Source: a virus
Taxonomy: Duplodnaviria > Caudoviricetes
DNA: 64,000 nt
IMG/VR virus record: IMGVR_UViG_3300046531_000473
Location: 5,834 to 69,833 of that record
Strand: one strand, 5' to 3'
Below are positions 37,850 to 45,824 of the stretch, piece after piece. Position 1 is the first letter of the stretch, and each line of letters starts with the position of its first letter. Both the position numbers and the translations under genes were made by a program. The notes below the pieces were generated by a model. That model did no database searches and was not told the DNA's origin. It saw only the letters and a list, made by a program, of their open reading frames with translations.

Positions 37850-38896
37850 TTACGCTTCCATCTCGATGTAATCATCTATAGAAACCACTTTTGTATCCGG
37901 CAAAGGAGCTATTTTCAGCCAGTCAATGACCGATGAAACGATGATCAAATCTTTATTTCGGTTATGCCGTTGAAAAGGAGCTTTGCAGAGCCTCCGTTTT
38001 GAATGGCCAGTGATCGTAGCAATCTCATCAATCGAGACAGTCTTCACTCCCTTCTCAATCCATTCTGAGATGACATTTGGGTAATCCTCTATTCCGGTCC
38101 TCTCTAGATTCTCTGCACGTTGCGCTAAACGCCTTGTCTGATTGGTGCTTTCGATCAAGCGGACATTGACGGTCTCCAGATCGTTTGTCAGGTTCTCAAT
38201 AATCGTTTCCAGTCTGTTCTTCTGCTCTTCAATGTCCGCTTGCATCTTCGCTTTCTGAGTGGCAATAGAAGCTTCCAAGTCGGCTATTTTGTTTTCTTTG
38301 GACGAAACAAAATCTGCATAATCAGGTTTGCCGATAAGAACAAAGAGCATAGACAAAAAACCGTAGAGATACCCAGATAAAGCGCGTGTGGCAATTATAA
38401 AAGGCGGCATCTCATATCCGATATGAAGTGAGGAAGATCCCAATGTCCACAAGCTTAATCCCATAAAAACAATCGTTGGTAAGCCAAACAATATCCCCCA
38501 AGTCAATGAGGATTTTTTCTTATGCAGACAGTAGGATTTTATATGCCCATATGTCGTCACGAAAGCCAAACCAACGATAATCTCTGGAAGACTCGTGAAT
38601 GAGGCAACCGATAACTGCGAAAGCGTTTCCGAAACAGCCTCACTCACTACTTTGAGCATGAGCGGATGAACCGTAGCATTCACACTTATCCAGAGTGAAG
38701 CCATCAAGAAAACGCATTCGGAAATAGTACCAGCCGAAACGACCAGCCAGTATAGGAATGACTTGACCCATTCCCATGAAAGGATGTATAGAGCCGTTGA
38801 CAGACTTTTCTCTCTATTAAGTTTATGCGTGGCTATAACAGCGACCAAAACGACTGCGATAGCCATGAACGTGATTGTCGTGATAAGAGCTATCAT
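37850..38896 (-). CDS. Multi-pass membrane protein with coiled coil and C-terminal HTH
   Basis: Several TM segments, coiled coil, VSIDEIATITGHSKRRL; start moved to 38896 (GAAGGAGG). Confidence 0.8.
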   Translation of the reverse strand: MIALITTITFMAIAVVLVAVIATHKLNREKSLSTALYILSWEWVKSFLYWLVVSAGTISECVFLMASLWISVNATVHPLMLKVVSEAVSETLSQLSVASFTSLPEIIVGLAFVTTYGHIKSYCLHKKKSSLTWGILFGLPTIVFMGLSLWTLGSSSLHIGYEMPPFIIATRALSGYLYGFLSMLFVLIGKPDYADFVSSKENKIADLEASIATQKAKMQADIEEQKNRLETIIENLTNDLETVNVRLIESTNQTRRLAQRAENLERTGIEDYPNVISEWIEKGVKTVSIDEIATITGHSKRRLCKAPFQRHNRNKDLIIVSSVIDWLKIAPLPDTKVVSIDDYIEMEA

Positions 38897-38918
38897 AATT
38901 TCCTCCTTCTCAAATTCG

Positions 38919-39029
38919 TGTCTGAGCGATGTCTGAAAAATGTACGAAATACTGTCTGTCCGTCCGAAACGTGTCCGATTTGAGCTTACGGACGCGACAA
39001 AGAGACATCGGACAGACAAAAATCGGACA
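38919..39029. repeat. Cluster of TGTC(C/T)GA-type direct and inverted repeats
   Basis: Direct copies at 38919, 38930, 38941, 38961, 38972; inverted copies at 38988, 39008, 39023. Confidence 0.75.
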
Positions 39030-40682
39030 TTAATTGATCAATTTCCTCCGCTTTAATTCTTTGATATACACCTCCCCTTGATACTTCGTTGTCTGCATTG
39101 CGGCCCCGAGTTCTCGGTAGGATGTAATTCCTTCTTGGTAAAGCCGCAATGCCTCTTGCAGTTCAGGAGAAACCCGATTACTCGGTCGATGCGACGGTGG
39201 CTGTCTTGGAGACAACGGCTCTATCACATCAGTTTCTTCTAACCTACGGGTACCCTTTGGATCAATATCCAATTCCTCCTCTGGCAGGATCATCGTTTGC
39301 ACGGATCGTGGCGATGTCTCTTTCATTCGAAGCCTCTTGATGCCAGGAGTCTCAGACAAATCGCGTGATTGCCTTGTGTCGAACTTCACAACCATGGGTT
39401 TTTGTGTGAACCCGAAAACAACTCCTGTCCCAACTGGCATGGACTCGATCTCTTGGCGTGTGACCACACCATTGACGATTTGTTCACACATGTCCAGGTC
39501 ATTTTTCTCTGCATGTCGCATGAGGATTTTGATCTGGCAACTCTTGATCATTGCTTTTGCAACATAGGTCAGAGATGGAGTAGCAAAACACATCGTGTAT
39601 CCATTGGATCGCCCATTACTGACTAATGCAAAGTAGGCATTATTGAGGCTTTCAAGGACATCTGAATTCTTTCGCGCTTCTGGTGGCAACATCTTTGGAT
39701 CTTGCGGAATATAGAGCTGTGCTTCGTCCTGAAAAACGAGGCATGGAATAAGAGGATTGCTAAGCTCTCTTTGCCGTGCTGAATAGCGCATAAGAGCTTG
39801 CCCCACAGCCGCCACAATCTCAGCACGATCAAGCCATCCGTCTCCATAGGATGGAAGATGGATAATAGCTTGATGTCTCCTTTCCATGATCAAGTGCACA
39901 AAGTCATCAGCATTATCGATAGACAACTCAAAGCAGCCCGCTTTAGATCGAAGACGATCAGATCCGGCCCTGATTCCATTCACGAATGGCAGGTCTACTA
40001 TTCCTGCATATTCACCTTTGTGGTCGAAAACGATGGCAGGAACACCGCATTTTGCGGCTTGCTCAATAATCAAGCCGCAAAGCATTGATTTGCCTGATCC
40101 TTGCACCGCAGCGACAATCATGCCCTTCCCAAAGAAATCATCAATCCATGGGTCAAACCGATACTTTTTCTTTGTCTCTGTTCCTAGTCTCAATGTTTCA
40201 TCCTCTGGATACTGAGGAAAGATGTTCCCCGCAAGAGATGAATCTTGCTGGTGAACTCCACGAACAGGGAGGATGTTCTTCCGCATTTCAGAGGGCTCAA
40301 ATCGCGTCTGCGGCATTGCTAGGGACCCCTCATTGCTGAACGACATAGCAGCCATCCTGCTGGAGACAGGATCTTCAATTTCAATCGCATCACTCACTTT
40401 AGAATCTCGTTTCCTGCCGAGCACCCTGTCACCAATGCCTCTTGACGTTGGCACCTTGACCGCCTTACCCATAAATTGCTTACCCGAACCGATAATTTGA
40501 TCACCATGCCGGAAAGCAACAAGAGTCAGGCAACCAGCGGCAACTAGCCCGAATGTCCCAAAGTGCATTAATGAAGGAATAGAAATCAGTCCTGTGCCCA
40601 GTGCAGCACCACCGTTAGTGGTAAGCCCCCATTTGTCTTGAACTTCTAATGCCTCAACAGTTTCCTCATCACGCGTATCCAT
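39030..40682 (-). CDS. HerA/FtsK/TraB-like DNA translocase ATPase with N-terminal TM and C-terminal wHTH
   Basis: AVQGSGKS, VFDHKGEY, VFQDEAQLYIP, NGRSNG..CFATP; C-terminal ELGAAMQTTKYQGEVYIKEL. Confidence 0.85.
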   Translation of the reverse strand: MDTRDEETVEALEVQDKWGLTTNGGAALGTGLISIPSLMHFGTFGLVAAGCLTLVAFRHGDQIIGSGKQFMGKAVKVPTSRGIGDRVLGRKRDSKVSDAIEIEDPVSSRMAAMSFSNEGSLAMPQTRFEPSEMRKNILPVRGVHQQDSSLAGNIFPQYPEDETLRLGTETKKKYRFDPWIDDFFGKGMIVAAVQGSGKSMLCGLIIEQAAKCGVPAIVFDHKGEYAGIVDLPFVNGIRAGSDRLRSKAGCFELSIDNADDFVHLIMERRHQAIIHLPSYGDGWLDRAEIVAAVGQALMRYSARQRELSNPLIPCLVFQDEAQLYIPQDPKMLPPEARKNSDVLESLNNAYFALVSNGRSNGYTMCFATPSLTYVAKAMIKSCQIKILMRHAEKNDLDMCEQIVNGVVTRQEIESMPVGTGVVFGFTQKPMVVKFDTRQSRDLSETPGIKRLRMKETSPRSVQTMILPEEELDIDPKGTRRLEETDVIEPLSPRQPPSHRPSNRVSPELQEALRLYQEGITSYRELGAAMQTTKYQGEVYIKELKRRKLIN

Positions 40683-40695
40683 TTATCGCCCCTTT

Positions 40696-41202
40696 CTAGG
40701 AGAATATATCTCCTATTGCTGATAGAGCAATTTCTGCTCCCTTCTTGCCGCACACTACAATGACAAACGTGCACATGATCGAAACAAGCCACTGATATTC
40801 CCATGGTAGAATTCGCAAGTAGTTGTAATTTGCGAACGCATCCAGCGATAGGATAATCAGACAAACCGTTTTGAAGAATTTGTCTTCGCCTCTCTCATCC
40901 GGCGTAACGATTTCGGCAATTCCGGTGGCGATGAGGAGAATGTAAACTCCCCAAGCGCCTAAGACTGCCACCGTCTGGACGTCACCATGAATGTTGCCAT
41001 TCATGAGATCCCACAATTGTGTGAGGCATTGCCAACTTAGGACAAAGCTTCCACCATGCCCCCTTTTGATGAGATCCTCCGTTGTGAGGATCGAAAAGGA
41101 CGAGAATACAATCCAGAGGACAATGAGGATTATTCCGATGCCTAATCGAAATAAAGGTACGTCTTGTATTTTTGTTGGTAGTCTGTTGTTTGGCATTGTC
41201 AT
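40696..41202 (-). CDS. Four-TM membrane protein
   Basis: Four hydrophobic segments. Confidence 0.75.
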   Translation of the reverse strand: MTMPNNRLPTKIQDVPLFRLGIGIILIVLWIVFSSFSILTTEDLIKRGHGGSFVLSWQCLTQLWDLMNGNIHGDVQTVAVLGAWGVYILLIATGIAEIVTPDERGEDKFFKTVCLIILSLDAFANYNYLRILPWEYQWLVSIMCTFVIVVCGKKGAEIALSAIGDIFS

Positions 41203-41381
41203 CTCCTAACTGCCTTGCTTGTATTATATTGCATCACCGCAACAACTTTTTCAACGTCAACCTGCTCTCCATATTGCCTTGCAAATGCAGCAACACCTTC
41301 CGATGTAATACACCACTTATTAGCAATGAATAGCTTGATAATGTTATTAATCAACTCTCGCTCTTTGTCACTAATCATCAC
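41199..41381 (-). CDS. Hypothetical protein
   Basis: 60 aa, coupled to neighbours. Confidence 0.4.
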   Translation of the reverse strand: MMISDKERELINNIIKLFIANKWCITSEGVAAFARQYGEQVDVEKVVAVMQYNTSKAVRR

Positions 41382-41390
41382 TGTATCCTT

Positions 41391-41969
41391 TCAAACCTGT
41401 GTAGCCGATAACTCTCCATTAACGTCGGCGTACACACGAAACTCTCCAACTGTCTTTATTACAGAATTGCCGTATGCACTGCGTATGAATGGGATATTCA
41501 TCCAATCGTCTGTTTTTTCGTACAGAGCGAAACCACCCAGATTAATCGGTGCGCTTGTCTTATTGGATGTACTATCGAATTGACCGTTTAATCTTGTCAA
41601 TGAGTAAACACTCTTCATGCCGATGAAGTGCATGTATGGCTGTAACTCTACAACAGCGACTTGTAGGAACCAGCGATCACCTGCAATCTCATAGGTTTCC
41701 GCTTCTGTTCTCTCCGCCCTTTTCAGGGTTATCAGCAGAGTATGCGGTTTATTTTCAACAGCCACAGCGGTTACTGTTGCAACAAGCGTTTTCTGTGAGA
41801 ATGCAACGAATGTTTGGATGAAGAAGAAAACGGCAACGGCAAGGACGACTGCTATCAATCCAAAGAATTGCCTGCCAGACTTGCCAATCTTCATCCACAG
41901 CCATATCACTGCAATGACAGTCCAAATGGCAACGATCATTGGTATCCAGTCTTGAAAGTTCTTCATCAA
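41391..41969 (-). CDS. Membrane protein
   Basis: Two N-terminal TM segments followed by a soluble domain. Confidence 0.7.
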   Translation of the reverse strand: MMKNFQDWIPMIVAIWTVIAVIWLWMKIGKSGRQFFGLIAVVLAVAVFFFIQTFVAFSQKTLVATVTAVAVENKPHTLLITLKRAERTEAETYEIAGDRWFLQVAVVELQPYMHFIGMKSVYSLTRLNGQFDSTSNKTSAPINLGGFALYEKTDDWMNIPFIRSAYGNSVIKTVGEFRVYADVNGELSATQV

Positions 41970-42178
41970 TAATCCTCATCGGCATGAATATGCGGCTTGT
42001 CGCTAAAAATCTCGCATTCATCGCACCAATGCGTTTCTTTCACTTTTACAGCAACTACAGGCTCTTCCTTGATGCCCAGCAAAGCTTTGGCCGCTGATGT
42101 TGGCGTGGCCTTTGCTTTAGGCTGTACTGGCGTTGATGTAATGCCCATGCCTTTTCTGAGCAAATCTTTGTAACTCAT
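41966..42178 (-). CDS. Small protein with C-terminal CxxC/His motif
   Basis: HWCDECEIFSDKPHIH. Confidence 0.55.
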   Translation of the reverse strand: MSYKDLLRKGMGITSTPVQPKAKATPTSAAKALLGIKEEPVVAVKVKETHWCDECEIFSDKPHIHADEDY

Positions 42179-42315
42179 GGTTTTCTCCTCTTACTCCTAG
42201 ATGTCCTTCGTTTCTTCTGCCATTTTCTTTGCCACCTTTTGTGCTTGATGTATCCAAGAGTAAACGGCAGCATGAGGAGCGCATAGAGCACAAGGCCTAG
42301 CTGCTGATGTGACAT
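42175..42315 (-). CDS. 46-aa membrane peptide with polybasic tail
   Basis: MSHQQLGLVLYALLMLPFTLGYIKHKRWQRKWQKKRRTSRSKRRKP*; RBS AAAGGAG; ATGA overlap with the next gene. Confidence 0.55.
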   Translation of the reverse strand: MSHQQLGLVLYALLMLPFTLGYIKHKRWQRKWQKKRRTSRSKRRKP

Positions 42316-42365
42316 GCGCTTCTCCTTTGCTGCTCCACTAAAGATCTATCTCGTATTGATAATAC

Positions 42366-42626
42366 TTATAATGCGACCCTGCTCAGCTCACAATTCTGAT
42401 CGTAGCCGATCCATACACCCAGTATCCAGTCAGCTATGAAATTTCTGCTGTCTGTCTCGATCTCGATCACTTCTCCTACATGTAACTTTCCGGCTAGTTT
42501 GCCCGCTAGTGCTTCGTTTTTAAGCAGGAAAGTTCTGATCTTTCCGTTTCCCATACAAAGATCGATATGCGCTCTTACCTTCCCGCATCCGAATGCGATT
42601 ATGGTTCCTTTTGTTATTTCTTCCAT
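42366..42626 (-). CDS. Hypothetical protein
   Basis: MEEITKG...; RBS AGAAAGGA. Confidence 0.5.
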   Translation of the reverse strand: MEEITKGTIIAFGCGKVRAHIDLCMGNGKIRTFLLKNEALAGKLAGKLHVGEVIEIETDSRNFIADWILGVWIGYDQNCELSRVAL

Positions 42627-42697
42627 GTTAGTGCTCCGATCCTTTCTTGTGTCGAAGTTGGGCGCAATAGGCAGCGCCCGTGCCACTGATCGACGCG

Positions 42698-42892
42698 CTA
42701 TGCAGATTGTTGGCCGGACCGGATAATCTTAATGGCATACCCAATCCCATCACGCTCTTCCATTTTTTCAGCACTGGGGCGCTTGGCAAAGCTTTCCTCA
42801 GCAATCCTATGCATACGCTCTAATTTCTCAAGCGAAACTTCGCCTTTTTCAAATTTAGATAGCGCTATATCGCGAAAACTTGGTATCTCCAT
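42698..42892 (-). CDS. Small helical protein, array member 1 (ends QSA*)
   Basis: 64 aa; paralogous to 42993-43193. Confidence 0.75.
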   Translation of the reverse strand: MEIPSFRDIALSKFEKGEVSLEKLERMHRIAEESFAKRPSAEKMEERDGIGYAIKIIRSGQQSA

Positions 42893-42900
42893 GGTTTTAC

Positions 42901-42990
42901 CTTCTTTCTGCTATTTATAGCAATTGCCGGGTGAGCACATTGCACCCGATACTGCCAGCAACCATAGCCACTGGCAGGAACCGATGAAAG
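42901..42990 (-). ncRNA. Structured leader motif, copy B
   Basis: UUCAUCGGUUC, an 11-bp stem with three G-U pairs, UAU, CGGGUG/CACCCG, then GCUAUAAAUAGC and AGAAAGAAGG. Confidence 0.8.
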
Positions 42991-42992
42991 CG

Positions 42993-43193
42993 CTACGCAG
43001 ACTGATCTTTCCTTAAATGCACAAGTGCATCTGCAAGTGCATTACGTTGGTCTACAAGATCAGCGTCAACCGGATTGGCCCTGCACCTCTGAGAGGCTTC
43101 TGAATGCATCTTCTCGACGGTATCCATGGTAAATTTGCCACTTTTGACGAGCTTAATCGCCGTGTCGCGTCGAATCTCTTTGTCAGTTCTCAT
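42993..43193 (-). CDS. Small helical protein, array member 2 (ends QSA*)
   Basis: 66 aa; paralogous to 42698-42892. Confidence 0.75.
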   Translation of the reverse strand: MRTDKEIRRDTAIKLVKSGKFTMDTVEKMHSEASQRCRANPVDADLVDQRNALADALVHLRKDQSA

Positions 43194-43200
43194 TGTTTTT

Positions 43201-43290
43201 CTTCTTTCTGCTATTTATAGCAATTGCCGAATGAATACATTTCACCCGATGCTCTCAGCTCTCGATTGAAAACTGAGAGAAACCGATGAA
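43201..43290 (-). ncRNA. Structured leader motif, copy C
   Basis: Same architecture with a 12-bp first stem; 86/90 identical to copy D. Confidence 0.8.
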
Positions 43291-43294
43291 TGCG

Positions 43295-43510
43295 CTACGC
43301 AGACTGCTGAGGCTCTTGATCAAGCTCCCAGCCGGTTGATCCGTATGCTGCTAGGAAATCAATTTCCCGATCTGAATACAAATTCAGCACAGCTATATCC
43401 TTGAAATGTTCACCGCCTACTGAGGATGGTAGGATATCCCTAAGATGCTTCATTTCCTCTTCTTTTGAGGAAATGTCCTTATACACTTTAAAGTAATTGA
43501 ATTTTGGCAT
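43295..43510 (-). CDS. Small protein, array member 3 (ends QSA*)
   Basis: 71 aa. Confidence 0.75.
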   Translation of the reverse strand: MPKFNYFKVYKDISSKEEEMKHLRDILPSSVGGEHFKDIAVLNLYSDREIDFLAAYGSTGWELDQEPQQSA

Positions 43511-43515
43511 GGTCC

Positions 43516-43605
43516 CTTCTTTCTGCTATTTCTAGCACTTGTCGGATGAATACATTTCACCCGATGCTCTCAGCTCTCGATTGAAAACTGAGAGAAACCG
43601 ATGAA
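43516..43605 (-). ncRNA. Structured leader motif, copy D
   Basis: Near-identical to copy C. Confidence 0.8.
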
Positions 43606-43610
43606 ACGTT

Positions 43611-43880
43611 CTAGATCTTTTGTCTGCTCGATTGAAGAGACTGAAGCTGAGCCATGATATCCGTAATTCTATCTTGAGGGCTGGATGGAGCACTGTCTCC
43701 AAACGTATCCGAGGTTAGGTGGCGCTCCATGCACGATCCCAATTCGGGATGCGCTTGTCTTCGTACGCATTCATTTATCCAATAGTTGATGCTTCTGTCT
43801 GTCATGCGAGCGTTGACAATCCACTCGCTTTCGTTGATAAAGAGCTGCGTTGCCAGCCATGCTTCTGTTGGTGCTTTCAT
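43611..43880 (-). CDS. Small protein, array member 4
   Basis: MKAPTEAW...; start 43880 after the shared GCTAGAAATAGCAGAAAGAAGG block. Confidence 0.7.
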   Translation of the reverse strand: MKAPTEAWLATQLFINESEWIVNARMTDRSINYWINECVRRQAHPELGSCMERHLTSDTFGDSAPSSPQDRITDIMAQLQSLQSSRQKI

Positions 43881-43925
43881 TGTTTTGTCCTTCTTTCTGC
43901 TATTTCTAGCGCTTTTGTGTTGTTC

Positions 43926-43966
43926 CTCAGCACGATACTGAGAATTGGCAACTTGCGTCATGAACG
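43926..43966 (-). repeat. Second leader-motif family, copy E
   Basis: 30/41 identical to 45112-45152, with compensatory changes. Confidence 0.65.
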
Positions 43967-44004
43967 CTATGGAGCCTTGGCTATGCTCTAGTTGCCTGAT
44001 AGAT

Positions 44005-44205
44005 TTACGACCTTCTGAATTTTGAAGCTTCTTCTGGGTATGCCCTAGACAACTCATTTTGTTGTCTCTCGTACTCCTTAAAGGAGATTTCATCTTTTGA
44101 GAATTTTACGGTGATAATCGCACATTTCTTGGCAAACTTTTCAGAGACATGAAAATTATTCATGTAAGTTGCCATGGACGACTTTATCTCTTTAGACTCG
44201 AACAT
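44005..44205 (-). CDS. Hypothetical small protein
   Basis: 66 aa, RBS AAGAGG. Confidence 0.55.
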   Translation of the reverse strand: MFESKEIKSSMATYMNNFHVSEKFAKKCAIITVKFSKDEISFKEYERQQNELSRAYPEEASKFRRS

Positions 44206-44306
44206 TTGTGACCTCTTATAGCTACCTGGCTATGCTCTAGCTGCCTGTGTTTGCGCTACGCACTACAAATCTATCCTCAAATCGCCTAAGATGCTATTGA
44301 AAGAGA

Positions 44307-44579
44307 CTACACCACAGAGTCGGTATCAAGCTCTATTAGTAGATCTAGCATTTGTACTGCCTTCGAGTATTTCTCTAGTAATTCTTTTCTAGTGCTTGGT
44401 GTTGCGCCCCGTAGATCGTATTTATCCTGATCTACAAGGAAATCTCTACAGTACTTCGCGAACATGAGATACATCCTTGGTGGTGCATCATGCAAAATTT
44501 CATTTGCGACTTTTGTTGCCTCATCCTCACTAATTAACAACGCTTCATCCATTGTTCGTGTAAATTCTAATTCTGTCAT
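44307..44579 (-). CDS. Hypothetical protein
   Basis: 90 aa. Confidence 0.6.
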   Translation of the reverse strand: MTELEFTRTMDEALLISEDEATKVANEILHDAPPRMYLMFAKYCRDFLVDQDKYDLRGATPSTRKELLEKYSKAVQMLDLLIELDTDSVV

Positions 44580-44683
44580 TGTATGGCCTCTTTCTTGTTA
44601 TTATCTGCAACTATTGCAGAAGTGGCGAACGCAGCCATGAACTGCCGCTGTCATTAGCAGTATCGCCTTTTATCGTTGCTTGC

Positions 44684-45079
44684 TTACAGATCCTGCTTTA
44701 CTGCAACCAAGCAAACCTTGTCAATGCCTTTATTCCGTGCACATATCTCTATTGCTTCCTTTTCGTCTAGTGCAAACTGAGTTTCGATCAATTTCAGCTC
44801 TGCTCTCTCCTTGTGCTCTATCGCCAGCTTCACACTATCGTACTTCTGATACACTTTGAACTTCATGAACTTCTTAACTACATTTCTGTTCTTTGACTTC
44901 ACGCATGTTATACACCTTAATGCATAGCCATCGTGACTCTGCTTGTCCTTGTGGAAGTGCTTTTTATTGGCAGGTTTTGAGCAGCCACATACCTCACAGC
45001 GCTTCATCAAAAGCCCTTTATGACTTGCAGTCTGCTCAGGAATGCCAATGCCTTTTGTGTATTTATCTAAGAAAGCCAT
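44684..45079 (-). CDS. Zinc-ribbon protein
   Basis: KRCEVCG.SKP...F......DGYALRCITC, same ribbon type as the endonuclease N-terminus. Confidence 0.65.
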   Translation of the reverse strand: MAFLDKYTKGIGIPEQTASHKGLLMKRCEVCGCSKPANKKHFHKDKQSHDGYALRCITCVKSKNRNVVKKFMKFKVYQKYDSVKLAIEHKERAELKLIETQFALDEKEAIEICARNKGIDKVCLVAVKQDL

Positions 45080-45111
45080 GTGATTGATATGCCTCTCTCG
45101 TTATGCTTTAT

Positions 45112-45152
45112 CTCAACACCGTGTTGAGAATTGGTGACTCACGCAATGAACG
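45112..45152 (-). repeat. Second leader-motif family, copy F
   Basis: Covaries with copy E. Confidence 0.65.
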
Positions 45153-45352
45153 TGAAGAACGGCTGTCCGTTGTCACCTGTCTATCCTCTCGCGTTTAACC
45201 CGAACCTTCACACTTATTAAGGTATTGAGCATTGTAGGGGTATACTTCAGTAAGAATGCTGCGAGAAGCGCGATATTCTGTTGTGAATGTTCTACGGCAT
45301 GTTGCCCGATACTGCACACCAGTTGCCCAATGTGCAGGAACCGACAAACGCA

Positions 45353-45574
45353 CTATGCCACTTGACCAGCGATATACCGCGAGATATCCTCGCCTTGCAG
45401 CACGGTTACCTCAGTGGCATCGACCCACTGTCCACCGACAAACTCATACCATTCATAGTGCTTGTTTTGACGATCAAGCTTTGTGATGAGAGGCAATGCG
45501 GCCTCAAAGCTCTCAAACTCTACATTTTTCATGACGCCGTTGTTGTCACGGTATACGATCTCTTGCCTTGTCAT
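45353..45574 (-). CDS. Hypothetical protein
   Basis: 73 aa, coupled to neighbours. Confidence 0.5.
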   Translation of the reverse strand: MTRQEIVYRDNNGVMKNVEFESFEAALPLITKLDRQNKHYEWYEFVGGQWVDATEVTVLQGEDISRYIAGQVA

Positions 45575-45822
45575 TATTTTGCTCCTCTACTAAAGGAATA
45601 CCGAGTAAGTTCTCTGCCGATATCCTCTTCGCAGATATCGAACGCCTCTTGCTCACCATCAGCCTCTTCATCATCTACGAGGAGCTCAATATCTGCACCA
45701 ACGACTGTTATGTGATAATATCCGTCTACCATCCACTCAACGGTGATCGGCATCTCTTCGCCATCATGTGGGCGATACACTCCAAACACATTATTATCGT
45801 AAAGTTTTTGTCCTGTAATCAT
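45574..45822 (-). CDS. Small acidic protein
   Basis: 82 aa, D/E-rich. Confidence 0.55.
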   Translation of the reverse strand: MITGQKLYDNNVFGVYRPHDGEEMPITVEWMVDGYYHITVVGADIELLVDDEEADGEQEAFDICEEDIGRELTRYSFSRGAK

Positions 45823-45824
45823 TG

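Noticed and set aside
42901-43605. CRISPR array or mini-array interpretation of the repeats
   Set aside because: Units are about 90 nt and the intervening sequences are 200-220-nt ORFs with RBS; no cas genes in the window
42901-43605. Hammerhead ribozyme reading on the plus strand (CCGATG..stem..GAAAC)
   Set aside because: Core CUGANGA is not matched (CCGAUGC, CCGAUAC), no stem I/III with NUH, and G-U wobble pattern favours the minus strand
42901-43605. Integron attC cassette sites
   Set aside because: No RYYYAAC/GTTRRRY end boxes and no tyrosine recombinase seen in the window
43611-44093. 160-aa ORF as given in the track
   Set aside because: Upstream part overlaps the 44005-44205 gene and the structured leader; strong RBS supports a start at 43880
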